DNA of 64,000 nt, taken from positions 1,408,001-1,472,000 of the forward strand of contig CAVRJY010000001.1 in assembly GCA_963721805.1 (NCBI GenBank), in the 5' to 3' direction. This DNA is from Nitrospirota bacterium. Lineage in GTDB: Bacteria > Nitrospirota > Thermodesulfovibrionia > Thermodesulfovibrionales > JdFR-86. The notes beneath the pieces were generated by a model. The model searched no databases. It was not told the origin of the DNA and was given only the letters and a program-made list of their open reading frames with translations. Positions 1-11,037 of this stretch are shown piece after piece. Made by a program: the position numbers and the translations under genes. The first letter of the stretch is position 1; each line of letters begins with the position of its first letter.

Positions 1-1
1 C

Positions 2-1345
2 TGCCACCTGCTTAAGGCGGGGGGGCTCAAGATATTGGTCGACTGCGGGCTTTTTCAGGGCACGCACGAGATCGAGAACAAGAACTTCGACGACTTCGAG
101 TTCGACCCCTCGGAGATAGACTTCCTGCTCCTGACCCACGGCCACCTCGACCACTGCGGCCGCATCCCGGTGCTCCACCAGAAGGGCTTTAGAGGCAAGG
201 TCATCTGCACCTCGGCGACATACGACGTCGTGCGCATCGTGCTCCTGGACGCGGCCCGGATCCAGGAAGAGGACTTCGAGCGCTGGCAGCGCGTGAGCAA
301 GCGCAAGGACCTGCCCCCGAGGAGGCCGCTTTATACGACCATGGATGCGCTCGATACGCTTGAGTATTTCAGCCGCGAGTTTGCGGTGTATGACAAGCCG
401 GTGCGGTTAAACGATCAAATCAGCGTTAAATACCGTGACGCCGGACATATCCTGGGCGCGGCGTTCCTGGAGATAGAGGTCAGGGACGAGTGCCGCCTGC
501 TGTTCTCTGGCGACCTCGGCAACTGCTGCAAGCCGATAGTGCGCGACCCGGAGCTGCCCGGCCGCGCTGACGTCGCGGTGGTCGAGACGACGTACGCCAC
601 CCGCAACCACCGCGCTCTCAACGACTCGGTCGCCGAGCTGCGCGATATCATCAACCACACTTTCGGGCGGGGCGGCAACGTACTGATCCCGTCGTTCGCT
701 ATCGAACGCGCGCAGGACATCCTGTATTTCCTCAGGCAGATGACGGAGGACGGCTCGATCCCGCGCTGCAGCGTGTTTCTGGATACTCCGATGGGCATAA
801 GCTTCACGAACCTCATACGCCGCCACCCGGAATGCCTCGACGAGGAGATGCTCGCCTTCATCTCGCGCCACGAGGACCCGCTTAATTTTCCCGGCCTTCA
901 GATGACGCGTACCACCGACGAGTCGCAGCGGATCAACCACATAAAATCGCACGCTATCATCATCGCGGGCTCGGGCATGTGCACGGGGGGCCGTATCCGC
1001 CACCACCTCAAGCACAACATCTGGCGGCCCGAGTGCTCGCTTGTATTTGTAGGCTATCAGGCGATCGGCACCCTCGGACGCCAGATCGTCGACGGGGCCG
1101 ATGAGGTGCACATATACGGAGAGCCGTTCCGCGTGAAGGCGAAGGTCCATACGGTCGGCGGTTTTTCGTCTCATGCCGACCACGACGGCCTGCTTAAATG
1201 GATAAGGGAGATCAAGGGGCTCGAAAAGCTGTTTTTGGTGCACGGCGAAAACGGCGGCCGCGATGCCTTTAAAAAAGAGTTGCTAGACGCCGGGATCGCG
1301 CGCGAGGTGATAGCGCCGCACCTCAACCAGGAATTCACGCTCTGA
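2..1345 (+). CDS. MBL-fold metallo-hydrolase, beta-CASP (RNA-processing) family; 5' end lies outside the window
   Basis: HxHxDH motif (THGHLDHCG), FSGDLG, GSGMCTGGRI and GFSSHAD; frame is open from position 2. Confidence 0.9.
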   Translation, partial: CHLLKAGGLKILVDCGLFQGTHEIENKNFDDFEFDPSEIDFLLLTHGHLDHCGRIPVLHQKGFRGKVICTSATYDVVRIVLLDAARIQEEDFERWQRVSKRKDLPPRRPLYTTMDALDTLEYFSREFAVYDKPVRLNDQISVKYRDAGHILGAAFLEIEVRDECRLLFSGDLGNCCKPIVRDPELPGRADVAVVETTYATRNHRALNDSVAELRDIINHTFGRGGNVLIPSFAIERAQDILYFLRQMTEDGSIPRCSVFLDTPMGISFTNLIRRHPECLDEEMLAFISRHEDPLNFPGLQMTRTTDESQRINHIKSHAIIIAGSGMCTGGRIRHHLKHNIWRPECSLVFVGYQAIGTLGRQIVDGADEVHIYGEPFRVKAKVHTVGGFSSHADHDGLLKWIREIKGLEKLFLVHGENGGRDAFKKELLDAGIAREVIAPHLNQEFTL

Positions 1346-1482
1346 TACTATACTTTCCTCACTCACTGGCTTCTGGGCATTAGGGGGCGAAGCCCCCTAA
1401 GTGAAAGGTGCCAAGGGCACCTTGAATAGGAGCCCGTGGCACCCCGTCGACATTTCGTTTTGGTATGGGATATAATTCTTGG

Positions 1483-3036
1483 ATGTCCAAAGCAAAGGTC
1501 CATAAAGACAACATACTCGTACTTGATTTTGGCTCACAGTACACGCAGCTCATAGCGCGCCGCATAAGGGAGCAGGACGTTTACTCGGAGATCCTGCCCT
1601 ATAACGCCCCGCTTTCGGAGATCGAGGCACACAAGCCGATGGGGATCATACTCTCGGGCGGTCCGTCGAGCGTATATGACGAGGGCGCCCCTTCGATCAG
1701 TCCCAGGATCTTCGAGATGGGCGTGCCTGTGCTCGGCATCTGCTACGGGATGCAGCTCATGTCCCATATGCTCGGCGGCAGGGTTGCGGGCTCGCAGAAG
1801 CGCGAGTACGGCCGGGCAGAGATATTCATCGACGACCCCACTGACATACTGGAAGGCGTGACCGAGCAAAGCCCTGTCTGGATGAGCCACGGCGACCGCA
1901 TCGAGGCGATGCCTCCCGGATTCAGCCATATAGCCCATACCGCGAACTCCCCGATGGCCGCGATGTCCAATCCGATGAAGCGGTTCTACGCCCTGCAGTT
2001 CCATCCCGAGGTCGTGCACACCGAGGACGGCCTGAGGATACTTCGCAACTTCGTTTTCGGCATCTGCGGATGCGAGCCGTCGTGGAAGATGAAGTCGTTC
2101 GTCGAGACCTCCATCGAAGCGGTGCGCGCCAAGGTAGGCGAAAAGAAGGTCATCTGCGCGCTGAGCGGCGGTGTGGATTCGGCCGTCGTGGCGCTCCTGA
2201 TCCACAAGGCCATAGGCGATCAGCTTACGTGCATCTTCGTCGACAACGGGCTTCTGAGGAAGAACGAGGCCGCAAAGGTCGAAGAGACCTTCGTCCACCA
2301 CTTCAAGATCAAGCTCATACACATACACGCCGAGAAGCGGTTCCTTGACAAGCTCAAGGGCGTGAGCGAGCCCGAGCAGAAGCGTAAGATCATCGGCCGC
2401 GAGTTCATCGCGGTATTCGAGGAAGAGGCGGGCAAGATCAAGGACGCTGAGTTCCTTGCGCAGGGCACGCTCTACCCGGACGTGATCGAGAGCGTCTCGT
2501 TCAAGGGGCCTTCTGCGGTCATCAAGAGCCACCACAACGTGGGCGGGCTTCCGGAGGTCATGAAGCTCAAGCTCATCGAGCCCCTGAGGGAGCTTTTTAA
2601 GGACGAAGTCCGCGCGGTCGGGCAGGAACTCGGGCTATCGGAGGAGATCTGCTGGAGGCAACCGTTCCCAGGGCCGGGGCTCGCGATACGCTGCATAGGC
2701 GAGGTCACCGAGGAGCGTCTCCGCGTGCTTCGGGAGGCCGATGCGATAGTGCTGGAGGAGATCAAGCGCGCCGGGCTATACAGGGAGATCTGGCAGGCCT
2801 TCGCGGTGCTGCTGCCGATAAAGAGCGTTGGCGTGATGGGCGACGACCGGACTTATGAGAACGTCGCGGCCATCCGCGCAGTAACGAGCAAGGACGCGAT
2901 GACCGCGGATTGGGCCCACATACCGTACGAAGTGCTCGGTATCATGTCCAACAGGATCATCAACGAGGTCAAGGGTGTAAACCGGGTAGCCTACGACATA
3001 AGTTCCAAACCCCCGAGCACAATCGAGTGGGAATGA
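1483..3036 (+). CDS. guaA: GMP synthase (glutamine-hydrolysing)
   Basis: [28 protein letters not shown]-terminal KPPSTIEWE; start moved to ATG 1483, downstream of TATAAT 1471-1476. Confidence 0.97.
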   Translation: MSKAKVHKDNILVLDFGSQYTQLIARRIREQDVYSEILPYNAPLSEIEAHKPMGIILSGGPSSVYDEGAPSISPRIFEMGVPVLGICYGMQLMSHMLGGRVAGSQKREYGRAEIFIDDPTDILEGVTEQSPVWMSHGDRIEAMPPGFSHIAHTANSPMAAMSNPMKRFYALQFHPEVVHTEDGLRILRNFVFGICGCEPSWKMKSFVETSIEAVRAKVGEKKVICALSGGVDSAVVALLIHKAIGDQLTCIFVDNGLLRKNEAAKVEETFVHHFKIKLIHIHAEKRFLDKLKGVSEPEQKRKIIGREFIAVFEEEAGKIKDAEFLAQGTLYPDVIESVSFKGPSAVIKSHHNVGGLPEVMKLKLIEPLRELFKDEVRAVGQELGLSEEICWRQPFPGPGLAIRCIGEVTEERLRVLREADAIVLEEIKRAGLYREIWQAFAVLLPIKSVGVMGDDRTYENVAAIRAVTSKDAMTADWAHIPYEVLGIMSNRIINEVKGVNRVAYDISSKPPSTIEWE

Positions 3037-3059
3037 CCCGCTCGCCGAGGTAATCGAGC

Positions 3060-3947
3060 GTGGATATACAGGGATATTTCAAAGAAAAAGGCGAAGTTAT
3101 AGCATCATTCCTCGACTGTTACTTTAAGGGTACGAGCCTCCAGTACGTCCCCCCGGAACTCCAGGAGTCAATGAGGTATTCGCTCATGGCCGGGGGCAAG
3201 CGCCTGAGGCCGATACTCGCGATGGCGTCCTGCGAGGCGGCCGGGGGCAAGCCCGAGGAGATCGTGCGAGCCGCTGCGGCCCTCGAAGTCGTGCATACCT
3301 ATTCGCTCATCCACGACGACCTGCCCGCAATGGACAACGACGATCTTCGGCGCGGCATGCCTACCAACCACAAAGTCCACGGCGAGGGCATGGCCATACT
3401 GGCCGGCGATGCGCTTCTGACCGAGGCCTTCATGATGGTGCTCGGCGCCGGCAACCTCCCTGTCGAGCGGAGGGCCGCGGCCGCGTGGGAGCTGTCTTAT
3501 GCGGCCGGACCCCGCGGAATGGTAGGCGGCCAGGCGCAGGACATCCTCAGCGAGGGCGAGGAGCCTGATCCCGAGACCTTGAGCTTCATACATGCGCACA
3601 AGACCGGGGCCCTGATCGTGGCCTCTGTGCGTATCGGGGCGATTCTGGGCGGTGCGTCCGAGGACTCCCTGATCGCGCTTACGAAATACGGCGAACGCCT
3701 GGGCCTCGCGTTTCAGATCATCGACGACATCCTCGATGTCGTGGGCGACGAGAAGACGATCGGAAAGCCGGTCGGCTCGGACGAGTCCAAGAAAAAGATG
3801 ACGTACCCGGCGGTCTACGGGCTGGAGGCATCGCGTCTGAAGGCTACCGAGTTGATCGAAGGGGCTCTGGGTGCGATCCTGGACCTCGGCCCTGAGGCGG
3901 AGCACCTGCGCGCCATCGCGCTTATAATGAAAGACAGAGACAGGTAA
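3060..3947 (+). CDS. ispA: Polyprenyl (farnesyl) diphosphate synthase
   Basis: GGKRLRP, SLIHDDLPAMDNDDLRRG, FQIIDDILD; directly upstream of dxs. Confidence 0.93.
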   Translation: MDIQGYFKEKGEVIASFLDCYFKGTSLQYVPPELQESMRYSLMAGGKRLRPILAMASCEAAGGKPEEIVRAAAALEVVHTYSLIHDDLPAMDNDDLRRGMPTNHKVHGEGMAILAGDALLTEAFMMVLGAGNLPVERRAAAAWELSYAAGPRGMVGGQAQDILSEGEEPDPETLSFIHAHKTGALIVASVRIGAILGGASEDSLIALTKYGERLGLAFQIIDDILDVVGDEKTIGKPVGSDESKKKMTYPAVYGLEASRLKATELIEGALGAILDLGPEAEHLRAIALIMKDRDR

Positions 3948-5804
3948 TTGCGTCTCGACGATATTAAATCCCCGGCCGATATCCGGGGGCTTCCGTACCC
4001 CGAACTGCGAGAGCTGGCCTCCCAGATCCGAACCCGGATCGTGGATGTCGTATCGCGCCACGGCGGGCACCTCGCATCGAGCCTCGGCGTGGTCGAACTC
4101 ACGATCACGCTCCACAAGGTCTTCGATACCCCTAACGACAGGATAGTCTGGGACGTCGGGCATCAGGCATACGCGCACAAAATGCTGACCGGCCGCGTCG
4201 GGCAGTTCGAGACCCTGCGCAAGCGCGGTGGGCTGTCGGGTTTTCCAAAGCGCGCCGAGAGCCCATATGACGCCTTCGATACCGGACACAGCTCGACCTC
4301 GATCTCGGCCGCAACGGGCATGATCGAGGCCCGCGACATGCTGGGCGAGGACTATAAGGTGATCGCGGTGATCGGCGACGGCGCGATGACCGCGGGGCTC
4401 GCGTTTGAGGGCCTGAACCACGCCGGACAGCTCAAGAAGGACCTTATCGTCGTGCTCAACGACAACGAGATGTCGATCTCGGAGAACGTCGGTGCGCTGT
4501 CTTCGTACCTCAACCGCATAATGACCGGTGAGACCTTCCGCCGCTTCAGGGCCCAGGGCAAGCAGATCATCGAGAGCATCCCGCGCATAGGCGGCCAGTT
4601 CGCTCGGCTCGCAGGAAAGGCCGAAGAGGGCTTTAAGGGGATGTTCCTGCCCGGCGCGCTATTTGAGGAACTCGGGTTCACATATTGCGGCCCGATCGAC
4701 GGCAACAACATAATAGCGATGGCCGAGACGTTTAAAAACATAAAGTCCGAAAAAGGCCCTGTGCTCGTCCATGTGATAACAAAAAAAGGCATGGGCTATG
4801 AGTACTCAGAGCAGAACCCATCCGCGTTCCACGGGATAGGGCCGTTTGAGCCCGAATCCGGCACCCCGCTATCGAGCGGCGTCTCATACGGAGACGTGAT
4901 GGGCGAGGCGCTCTGCGAACTCAGCCGCGAGGACAGCCGTATCGCGGCGATTACGGCCGCGATGAAAGAGGGCACCGGGCTCGGGAAGTTCGCTGCGGAG
5001 TTCCCGGAGCGCTTCTATGACGTGGGCATCGCCGAGCCGCACGCCGTGACCTTCGCGGCCGGGATGGCCGCATCGGGCGCGAGGCCGGTCGTCGCGATAT
5101 ACTCAACGTTCCTTCAGCGCTCGTATGACGAGATCATCCACGACGTCTGCCTGCAGCACCTGCCGGTCGTGTTCGCGATAGACCGCGCGGGGGTGGTCGG
5201 CGAGGACGGCCCGACTCACCACGGGGCGTTCGACCTCTCTTACCTCCGCCACATACCCGGCCTGGTGGTCATGGCCCCGAAGGACTCGTCGGAACTGAAG
5301 ACCATGCTCAGGCTCGGCCTCAGGCATAACGGGCCGGTGGCAATACGTTATCCAAGAGGCAAGGCCACGGAGCTCGGAGAGGCCATGGAATTCCGCATCG
5401 GCGAGGCCGAGGTAATCGGGGAGGGCTCGGACCTCGCGATCATCGCTATCGGCAGCACCGTGGGCCCGGCGATAAGCGCGATGCGCTCGCTCGAGGCAGA
5501 CGGCATCCGCACTACGGTAGTAAACCTCCGCACTCTCAAGCCCCTCGATGCAAACGTGCTGCGCGACATCGCGGCGCGCTTCGAGCGGATCATCACGGTC
5601 GAGGAGAACTCCCTCCAAGGCGGCATGGGCAGCGCGGTGGCCGAGTTTTATTGCTCGGAGGGACTTGTGCATGGCATGACGCTCCGCTCGCTCGGCATCC
5701 CGGACAAGTTCGTCGAACAGGGTACGCAATCAGAACTCAGGGCCATGCTCGGCATCGACGCAGAGGGCATAGCCTTTGCCGCGCGCGCGCTTCTTCAGCC
5801 TTAA
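3948..5804 (+). CDS. dxs: 1-deoxy-D-xylulose-5-phosphate synthase
   Basis: WDVGHQAY, GDGAMTAG..EGLN, FLQRSYD, DGPTHHG; TTG start. Confidence 0.97.
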   Translation: MRLDDIKSPADIRGLPYPELRELASQIRTRIVDVVSRHGGHLASSLGVVELTITLHKVFDTPNDRIVWDVGHQAYAHKMLTGRVGQFETLRKRGGLSGFPKRAESPYDAFDTGHSSTSISAATGMIEARDMLGEDYKVIAVIGDGAMTAGLAFEGLNHAGQLKKDLIVVLNDNEMSISENVGALSSYLNRIMTGETFRRFRAQGKQIIESIPRIGGQFARLAGKAEEGFKGMFLPGALFEELGFTYCGPIDGNNIIAMAETFKNIKSEKGPVLVHVITKKGMGYEYSEQNPSAFHGIGPFEPESGTPLSSGVSYGDVMGEALCELSREDSRIAAITAAMKEGTGLGKFAAEFPERFYDVGIAEPHAVTFAAGMAASGARPVVAIYSTFLQRSYDEIIHDVCLQHLPVVFAIDRAGVVGEDGPTHHGAFDLSYLRHIPGLVVMAPKDSSELKTMLRLGLRHNGPVAIRYPRGKATELGEAMEFRIGEAEVIGEGSDLAIIAIGSTVGPAISAMRSLEADGIRTTVVNLRTLKPLDANVLRDIAARFERIITVEENSLQGGMGSAVAEFYCSEGLVHGMTLRSLGIPDKFVEQGTQSELRAMLGIDAEGIAFAARALLQP

Positions 5805-5916
5805 GGGTTCACGTACTCCTACTATTATATGGTGGAACAAACTCCCTCCGCCTCTCTAAAGAGCGGGCCAGCCGGCCCCACTTGTCCTTGACGGGATCTT
5901 CCTGCATAATAACCGC

Positions 5917-6663
5917 ATGCCCAGTAATATTACTAAAGAGAGGCTCGACAAGCTGCTCGTAGACCGCGGGCTGATCCAGAGCCGCGAGCGGGCGCGCTCG
6001 ATGATCATGGAAGGCAAGGTGCTCGTAGACGGCATCCCCGCTGCCAAGGCCGGCTCGATGGTCCAGGCCGATGCCACGGTTAAACTCAGGGGCGAGGACA
6101 TCCCTTACGTCAGCCGGGGCGGGCTCAAGCTCGAAGCCGCGGTGGACACGTTCGGGATCTCTCTAGAGGGCAGGGTCGCGATGGACGTCGGGGCCTCGAC
6201 CGGCGGGTTTACGGACCTTATGCTCAAGCGCGGGGCCGCACGGGTATACGCGGTGGACGTTGGATACGGGCAGTTCGACTGGGGGCTCAGAAACGACCCG
6301 CGCGTCGTGCTCATTGAGCGCATGAACATCCGTCATATGCCCGCCGAGGCCCTGCCCGAGAAGGTGGGGTTCGTCGCGATAGACGTCTCGTTCATATCGC
6401 TTTTGAAGGTGATGCCGACGGTCCTTGAGCTGATGGCCGCTGGCGCCGAGGCCGTGGCGCTCATCAAGCCGCAGTTCGAGGCCGGACGCGAGGGCGTAGG
6501 CAAGGGCGGCATCGTGCGCGACGACGGGGTCCGCGCGCAGGCGGTAGCCATGGTGCGAGACGGGCTGGCCGGGCTCGGCCTTGAGGTGCTGGGGCTCATG
6601 GAATCCCCGGTGAGGGGACAAAAGGGTAACATAGAGTATCTGATCCATCTCAGGAAGGCGTGA
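5917..6663 (+). CDS. tlyA: TlyA family rRNA methyltransferase
   Basis: S4 domain, YVSRGGLKL, DVGASTGGFTD, LIKPQFE. Confidence 0.95.
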   Translation: MPSNITKERLDKLLVDRGLIQSRERARSMIMEGKVLVDGIPAAKAGSMVQADATVKLRGEDIPYVSRGGLKLEAAVDTFGISLEGRVAMDVGASTGGFTDLMLKRGAARVYAVDVGYGQFDWGLRNDPRVVLIERMNIRHMPAEALPEKVGFVAIDVSFISLLKVMPTVLELMAAGAEAVALIKPQFEAGREGVGKGGIVRDDGVRAQAVAMVRDGLAGLGLEVLGLMESPVRGQKGNIEYLIHLRKA

Positions 6664-6669
6664 GGGTAT

Positions 6670-7350
6670 ATGGACGAACTTGTCGCGATTGAATTCGACC
6701 TTGCGATGGCCTCGCATGAGGCCATCGAGCTGTTTTTGGAGCAGGCCGAGGACGATAGTTTTTACATGGACATACTCACTGAGTGCAGGACGCGGCCCGA
6801 TGCCCTGAAAATTATCATGGACCACCCTAAAACGCCGGAGGACATCAGGGTGCTCGCGGCCAAGGCCCTTGGGCTTGAGGCCCCGCAGCCGCGCGTCCAT
6901 GCGGCCCATGCCAAGCCGCCGGTCTCTGAGGAGGAGAAGCGCCAGAGCCTCGTCAAGCAGATCTCGATGCTCTCGATATCCCAGCGTATCCGCCTGGCCC
7001 AGAAGGGCGGCAGCCAGGCCAGAAACGTGCTAAAAACCGATTCTAACAAGCTGGTCATCATGGCCGTGCTGCATAACCCCAAGATCACCGACTCCGAGAT
7101 CGAGAGCATGGCCAGAAACCGCTCGATCCTCGAAGACGCCCTCCGGGTGATAGGGAAGAGCAAGGAGTGGATGAAGAACTACAGCGTCAAGCTCGCGCTG
7201 GTCACTAACCCGAAGACCCCGATAGGCATCTCAATGCCCTTTGTGGCAACCCTGAAAAAGAAGGACCTGGAGCAGCTTGAGAAGAACAAGAATGTGCCGG
7301 AGGGCGTGCGTTCAGTTGCGAAAAAAATGATAAAAGGGGTGAAAGACTAA
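6670..7350 (+). CDS. Conserved hypothetical helical-repeat protein
   Basis: 226-aa ORF continuing the operon, host-like codon usage, repeated NPK(T/I) motifs. Confidence 0.75.
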   Translation: MDELVAIEFDLAMASHEAIELFLEQAEDDSFYMDILTECRTRPDALKIIMDHPKTPEDIRVLAAKALGLEAPQPRVHAAHAKPPVSEEEKRQSLVKQISMLSISQRIRLAQKGGSQARNVLKTDSNKLVIMAVLHNPKITDSEIESMARNRSILEDALRVIGKSKEWMKNYSVKLALVTNPKTPIGISMPFVATLKKKDLEQLEKNKNVPEGVRSVAKKMIKGVKD

Positions 7351-8066
7351 GCCCGCTGCCGGGCGGCCCTCCGGTCGCGGACGAACAGGTATGAGTTTTC
7401 GACCAGTCCGACGATCAGGTACAGCATCGAGAGGCTGAAGATCATTATCGCGGGGTGCATCAGCACGAGCGCGAACAGCACGACCACTACCACGAGCAGC
7501 CAGAACGGCTTGCGTTTTTTCATGTCTATTTCCTTGAGCCCGTGGAACCTCAGCGTGCTGACCATCAACAGCGCCACCACGGCCGTCTGCACGAGTATGA
7601 GCAAGTTTTTCTGGTAATCCCATCCTGCATCCGTATAGCAGAGCACCGTAGCCGCGCATATCCATGCGCCGGCCGGGATCGGCATGCCTGTGAAGGACTT
7701 CCGCTCCGTCGTGCCCATCTGGATGTTGAAGCGCGCGAGCCTCATCGCCCCGCATGCGGCGTAGAGGAACGTCACCGCCAGGCCGATGTCTTTAAACGGC
7801 CCGAGCGACCACTGATAGAGCATAACCGCCGGAGCAACGCCGAAGGCAATCGAGTCCGAGAGGGAATCGAGCTCTATACCGAACTTTGAGGTGCTGTTCG
7901 TGAAGCGGGCGACCCAGCCGTCGAGGGCGTCAAAGACGCTGGCGATGATGATGGCCCATGCGGCGCGCGTGAAGTGGCCCTCGGTGGAAGTCATGATCGC
8001 GTAAAAACCGAAGAACATCCCGCAGAGCGTGATGCTGTTGGGCAGGATGTATATTCCCTTTTTCAC
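7347..8066 (-). CDS. pssA: CDP-diacylglycerol--serine O-phosphatidyltransferase
   Basis: DALDGWVAR...G..LDSLSD CDP-alcohol motif; adjacent to psd. Confidence 0.95.
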   Translation of the reverse strand: MKKGIYILPNSITLCGMFFGFYAIMTSTEGHFTRAAWAIIIASVFDALDGWVARFTNSTSKFGIELDSLSDSIAFGVAPAVMLYQWSLGPFKDIGLAVTFLYAACGAMRLARFNIQMGTTERKSFTGMPIPAGAWICAATVLCYTDAGWDYQKNLLILVQTAVVALLMVSTLRFHGLKEIDMKKRKPFWLLVVVVVLFALVLMHPAIMIFSLSMLYLIVGLVENSYLFVRDRRAARQRA

Positions 8067-8714
8067 CTAAACCGCCCCCGCCGCGAGTACCGTCTCACCG
8101 GCCTTCACCATCTCATCGAGCTTCACCTTGACGTCCGCGTCCGGCGGCAGGTAGATGTCGACGCGGGAGCTGAACTTGATCATCCCGTAACGCTCGCCGC
8201 GCCTCAGGCTGTCTCCGGGCTTAACGCGGCAGACCGCCCGCCTTGCGACGAACCCCGCTATCTGGCGCAGCAGGATGTCCTTGCCGCCGGAGCACTTATA
8301 GACCATGGCGATGTTCTCGTTCCGAAGCGAGGCCTCCTCTTTGTATGCCGCGCTGAAGCCTCCGGGGGTGTGCTTGACCGAGACCACGGTGCCGTCGCAC
8401 GGTATGCGGTTTACGTGTACGTTAAGCGGCGACATGAATATGCTTATCTTCGTCGAATCGGCCTTGAGGTACTCGTCCTCGCGCGTGCGCTTGATGACGA
8501 TGATCCTGCCGTCGGCCGGGCTGAGGTAGCCCGGCCCGGCAGGAGCGGATCTCTCTGGGTCGCGGAAGAAATACAGCATGAACAGCGTGATCGCAAGCAT
8601 CAGCGCAAAGGGGACCATGGTGACATTCATGCTGGCCGCGACAAGTGCGGCTATCGCGGTCAGCGCCATGAATACCGCTATGAACGGATACCCCTCGGGC
8701 GCGAATTTCAGCAT
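8067..8714 (-). CDS. psd: Phosphatidylserine decarboxylase proenzyme
   Basis: FFRDPER, SPADG, NVHVNRIP, IKFSSRVD. Confidence 0.93.
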   Translation of the reverse strand: MLKFAPEGYPFIAVFMALTAIAALVAASMNVTMVPFALMLAITLFMLYFFRDPERSAPAGPGYLSPADGRIIVIKRTREDEYLKADSTKISIFMSPLNVHVNRIPCDGTVVSVKHTPGGFSAAYKEEASLRNENIAMVYKCSGGKDILLRQIAGFVARRAVCRVKPGDSLRRGERYGMIKFSSRVDIYLPPDADVKVKLDEMVKAGETVLAAGAV

Positions 8715-8717
8715 GCG

Positions 8718-9764
<1,047 letters not shown>

Positions 9765-9914
9765 TTAGATTAACCGTATGGCTCAAATTATAGTATAAAT
9801 ACCTATGTCATTGCCAAACCTTAGTTAATTGCGCGCCTAAGTGCATTGACCCTGGGAATGTATTTTCGATATAATAAGTATTGCGAATGTTTTTTAAGCG
9901 GGAGGTTACGCGCA

Positions 9915-10202
9915 ATGCCTATATATGAGTACAGATGCGATAGCTGCGGAAAAGTCCACGAAATACTGCAAAAATTCAGCGACGAGCCCCTCAAGGAGTG
10001 TCCGGACTGCAAGGGCTGTCTCTCGAAGCTCATATCCAACACGTCGTTCGTATTGAAGGGATCAGGCTGGTATGCCGACGGCTACAGCTCGACCTCGAAC
10101 AAGTGCTCGGCGTCTTGCGCGGCGCCTGATCCGGCCCCAAAGGCCGAGGCCGCGAAGCCGGATGCCTCGAAGCCCTCTGCCAAGAAAGAGGCCGCTGCCT
10201 GA
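9915..10202 (+). CDS. FmdB-family zinc-ribbon protein
   Basis: MPIYEYRCxxC...CPDC...FVLKGSGWY; GGAGG at 9901. Confidence 0.9.
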   Translation: MPIYEYRCDSCGKVHEILQKFSDEPLKECPDCKGCLSKLISNTSFVLKGSGWYADGYSSTSNKCSASCAAPDPAPKAEAAKPDASKPSAKKEAAA

Positions 10203-10978
10203 GCCACGGCGTAAGGCCGCACGCGAGCGTCCCGTACCCGCTCCTTTTCGATCACCTCGATTTCATCCGTCAAAATGACATCAGCCCCGAGATTTATTTC
10301 AGCTCCGATACGCTCGACGATTTCGGCCCTGACAAGCTAGATGCGCTGAAGGGCATGTTCGGCACCGGCAGGCTGGCCTGTTCGGTACACGGCCCGTTTA
10401 TGGACCTCTGCGCGGGCGCCGTCGACAGGAAGGTGCGCGCGGTGACGGTCGAAAGGTTCACCCGCGCGCTGGATATAGCCTCGGCGCTCAAGGCGCGCTC
10501 GGTCGTCCTGCACTCGGGCTACGAGCACTGGAAGTTCGACCACAAGATCGACAAATGGCTCGAAGGGTCGCTCGAGACCTGGCCCCCTCTGATTGAACTC
10601 GCACGCAAGGGCGGCACGCGCATCGCTGTCGAGAACATCTTTGAATGGGGGCCGGACCCGCTGGCCGCGCTGATGGGGCGGCTTGGATGCAAGCACTTCG
10701 GCGTCTGTTTCGATATCGGGCATTACAACCTGTTTACGAAGAAACCTTTATCTTTTTGGCTCGATGAGCTTGCCCCGCATATCACGCAGCTGCACCTGCA
10801 TGACAACCACGGGGACATCGACGCTCACCTCGCGATGGGGGAGGGCTCGATCAGGTACGAGGAGCTGTTTGCGCGCCTGCGGGGCCGCGGGCTGCTCTAT
10901 ACGATCGAGGCCAGATCGTACGCCGCGGTGCTCAAAAGCAGAAACATGATCAACGAACTGCTGGGGCAGTCGGCCTGA
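10199..10978 (+). CDS. Sugar-phosphate isomerase/epimerase (xylose-isomerase-like TIM barrel)
   Basis: SVHGPF.DL, AVEN, CFDIGH, LHLHDNHG..DAH; frame is open upstream of ATG 10355 to a CTG at 10199 that overlaps the previous stop; start uncertain. Confidence 0.85.
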   Translation: MSHGVRPHASVPYPLLFDHLDFIRQNDISPEIYFSSDTLDDFGPDKLDALKGMFGTGRLACSVHGPFMDLCAGAVDRKVRAVTVERFTRALDIASALKARSVVLHSGYEHWKFDHKIDKWLEGSLETWPPLIELARKGGTRIAVENIFEWGPDPLAALMGRLGCKHFGVCFDIGHYNLFTKKPLSFWLDELAPHITQLHLHDNHGDIDAHLAMGEGSIRYEELFARLRGRGLLYTIEARSYAAVLKSRNMINELLGQSA

Positions 10979-11037
10979 GCAGCCAGCGCCGCCAGGATGT
11001 ACGGTAATTCGCCGGGCGCTGTGTTAGTATATACCCC

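Noticed and set aside
1346..1482. Purine riboswitch upstream of guaA
   Set aside because: No three-way-junction consensus, and the promoter-like hexamers lie downstream of the hairpins.
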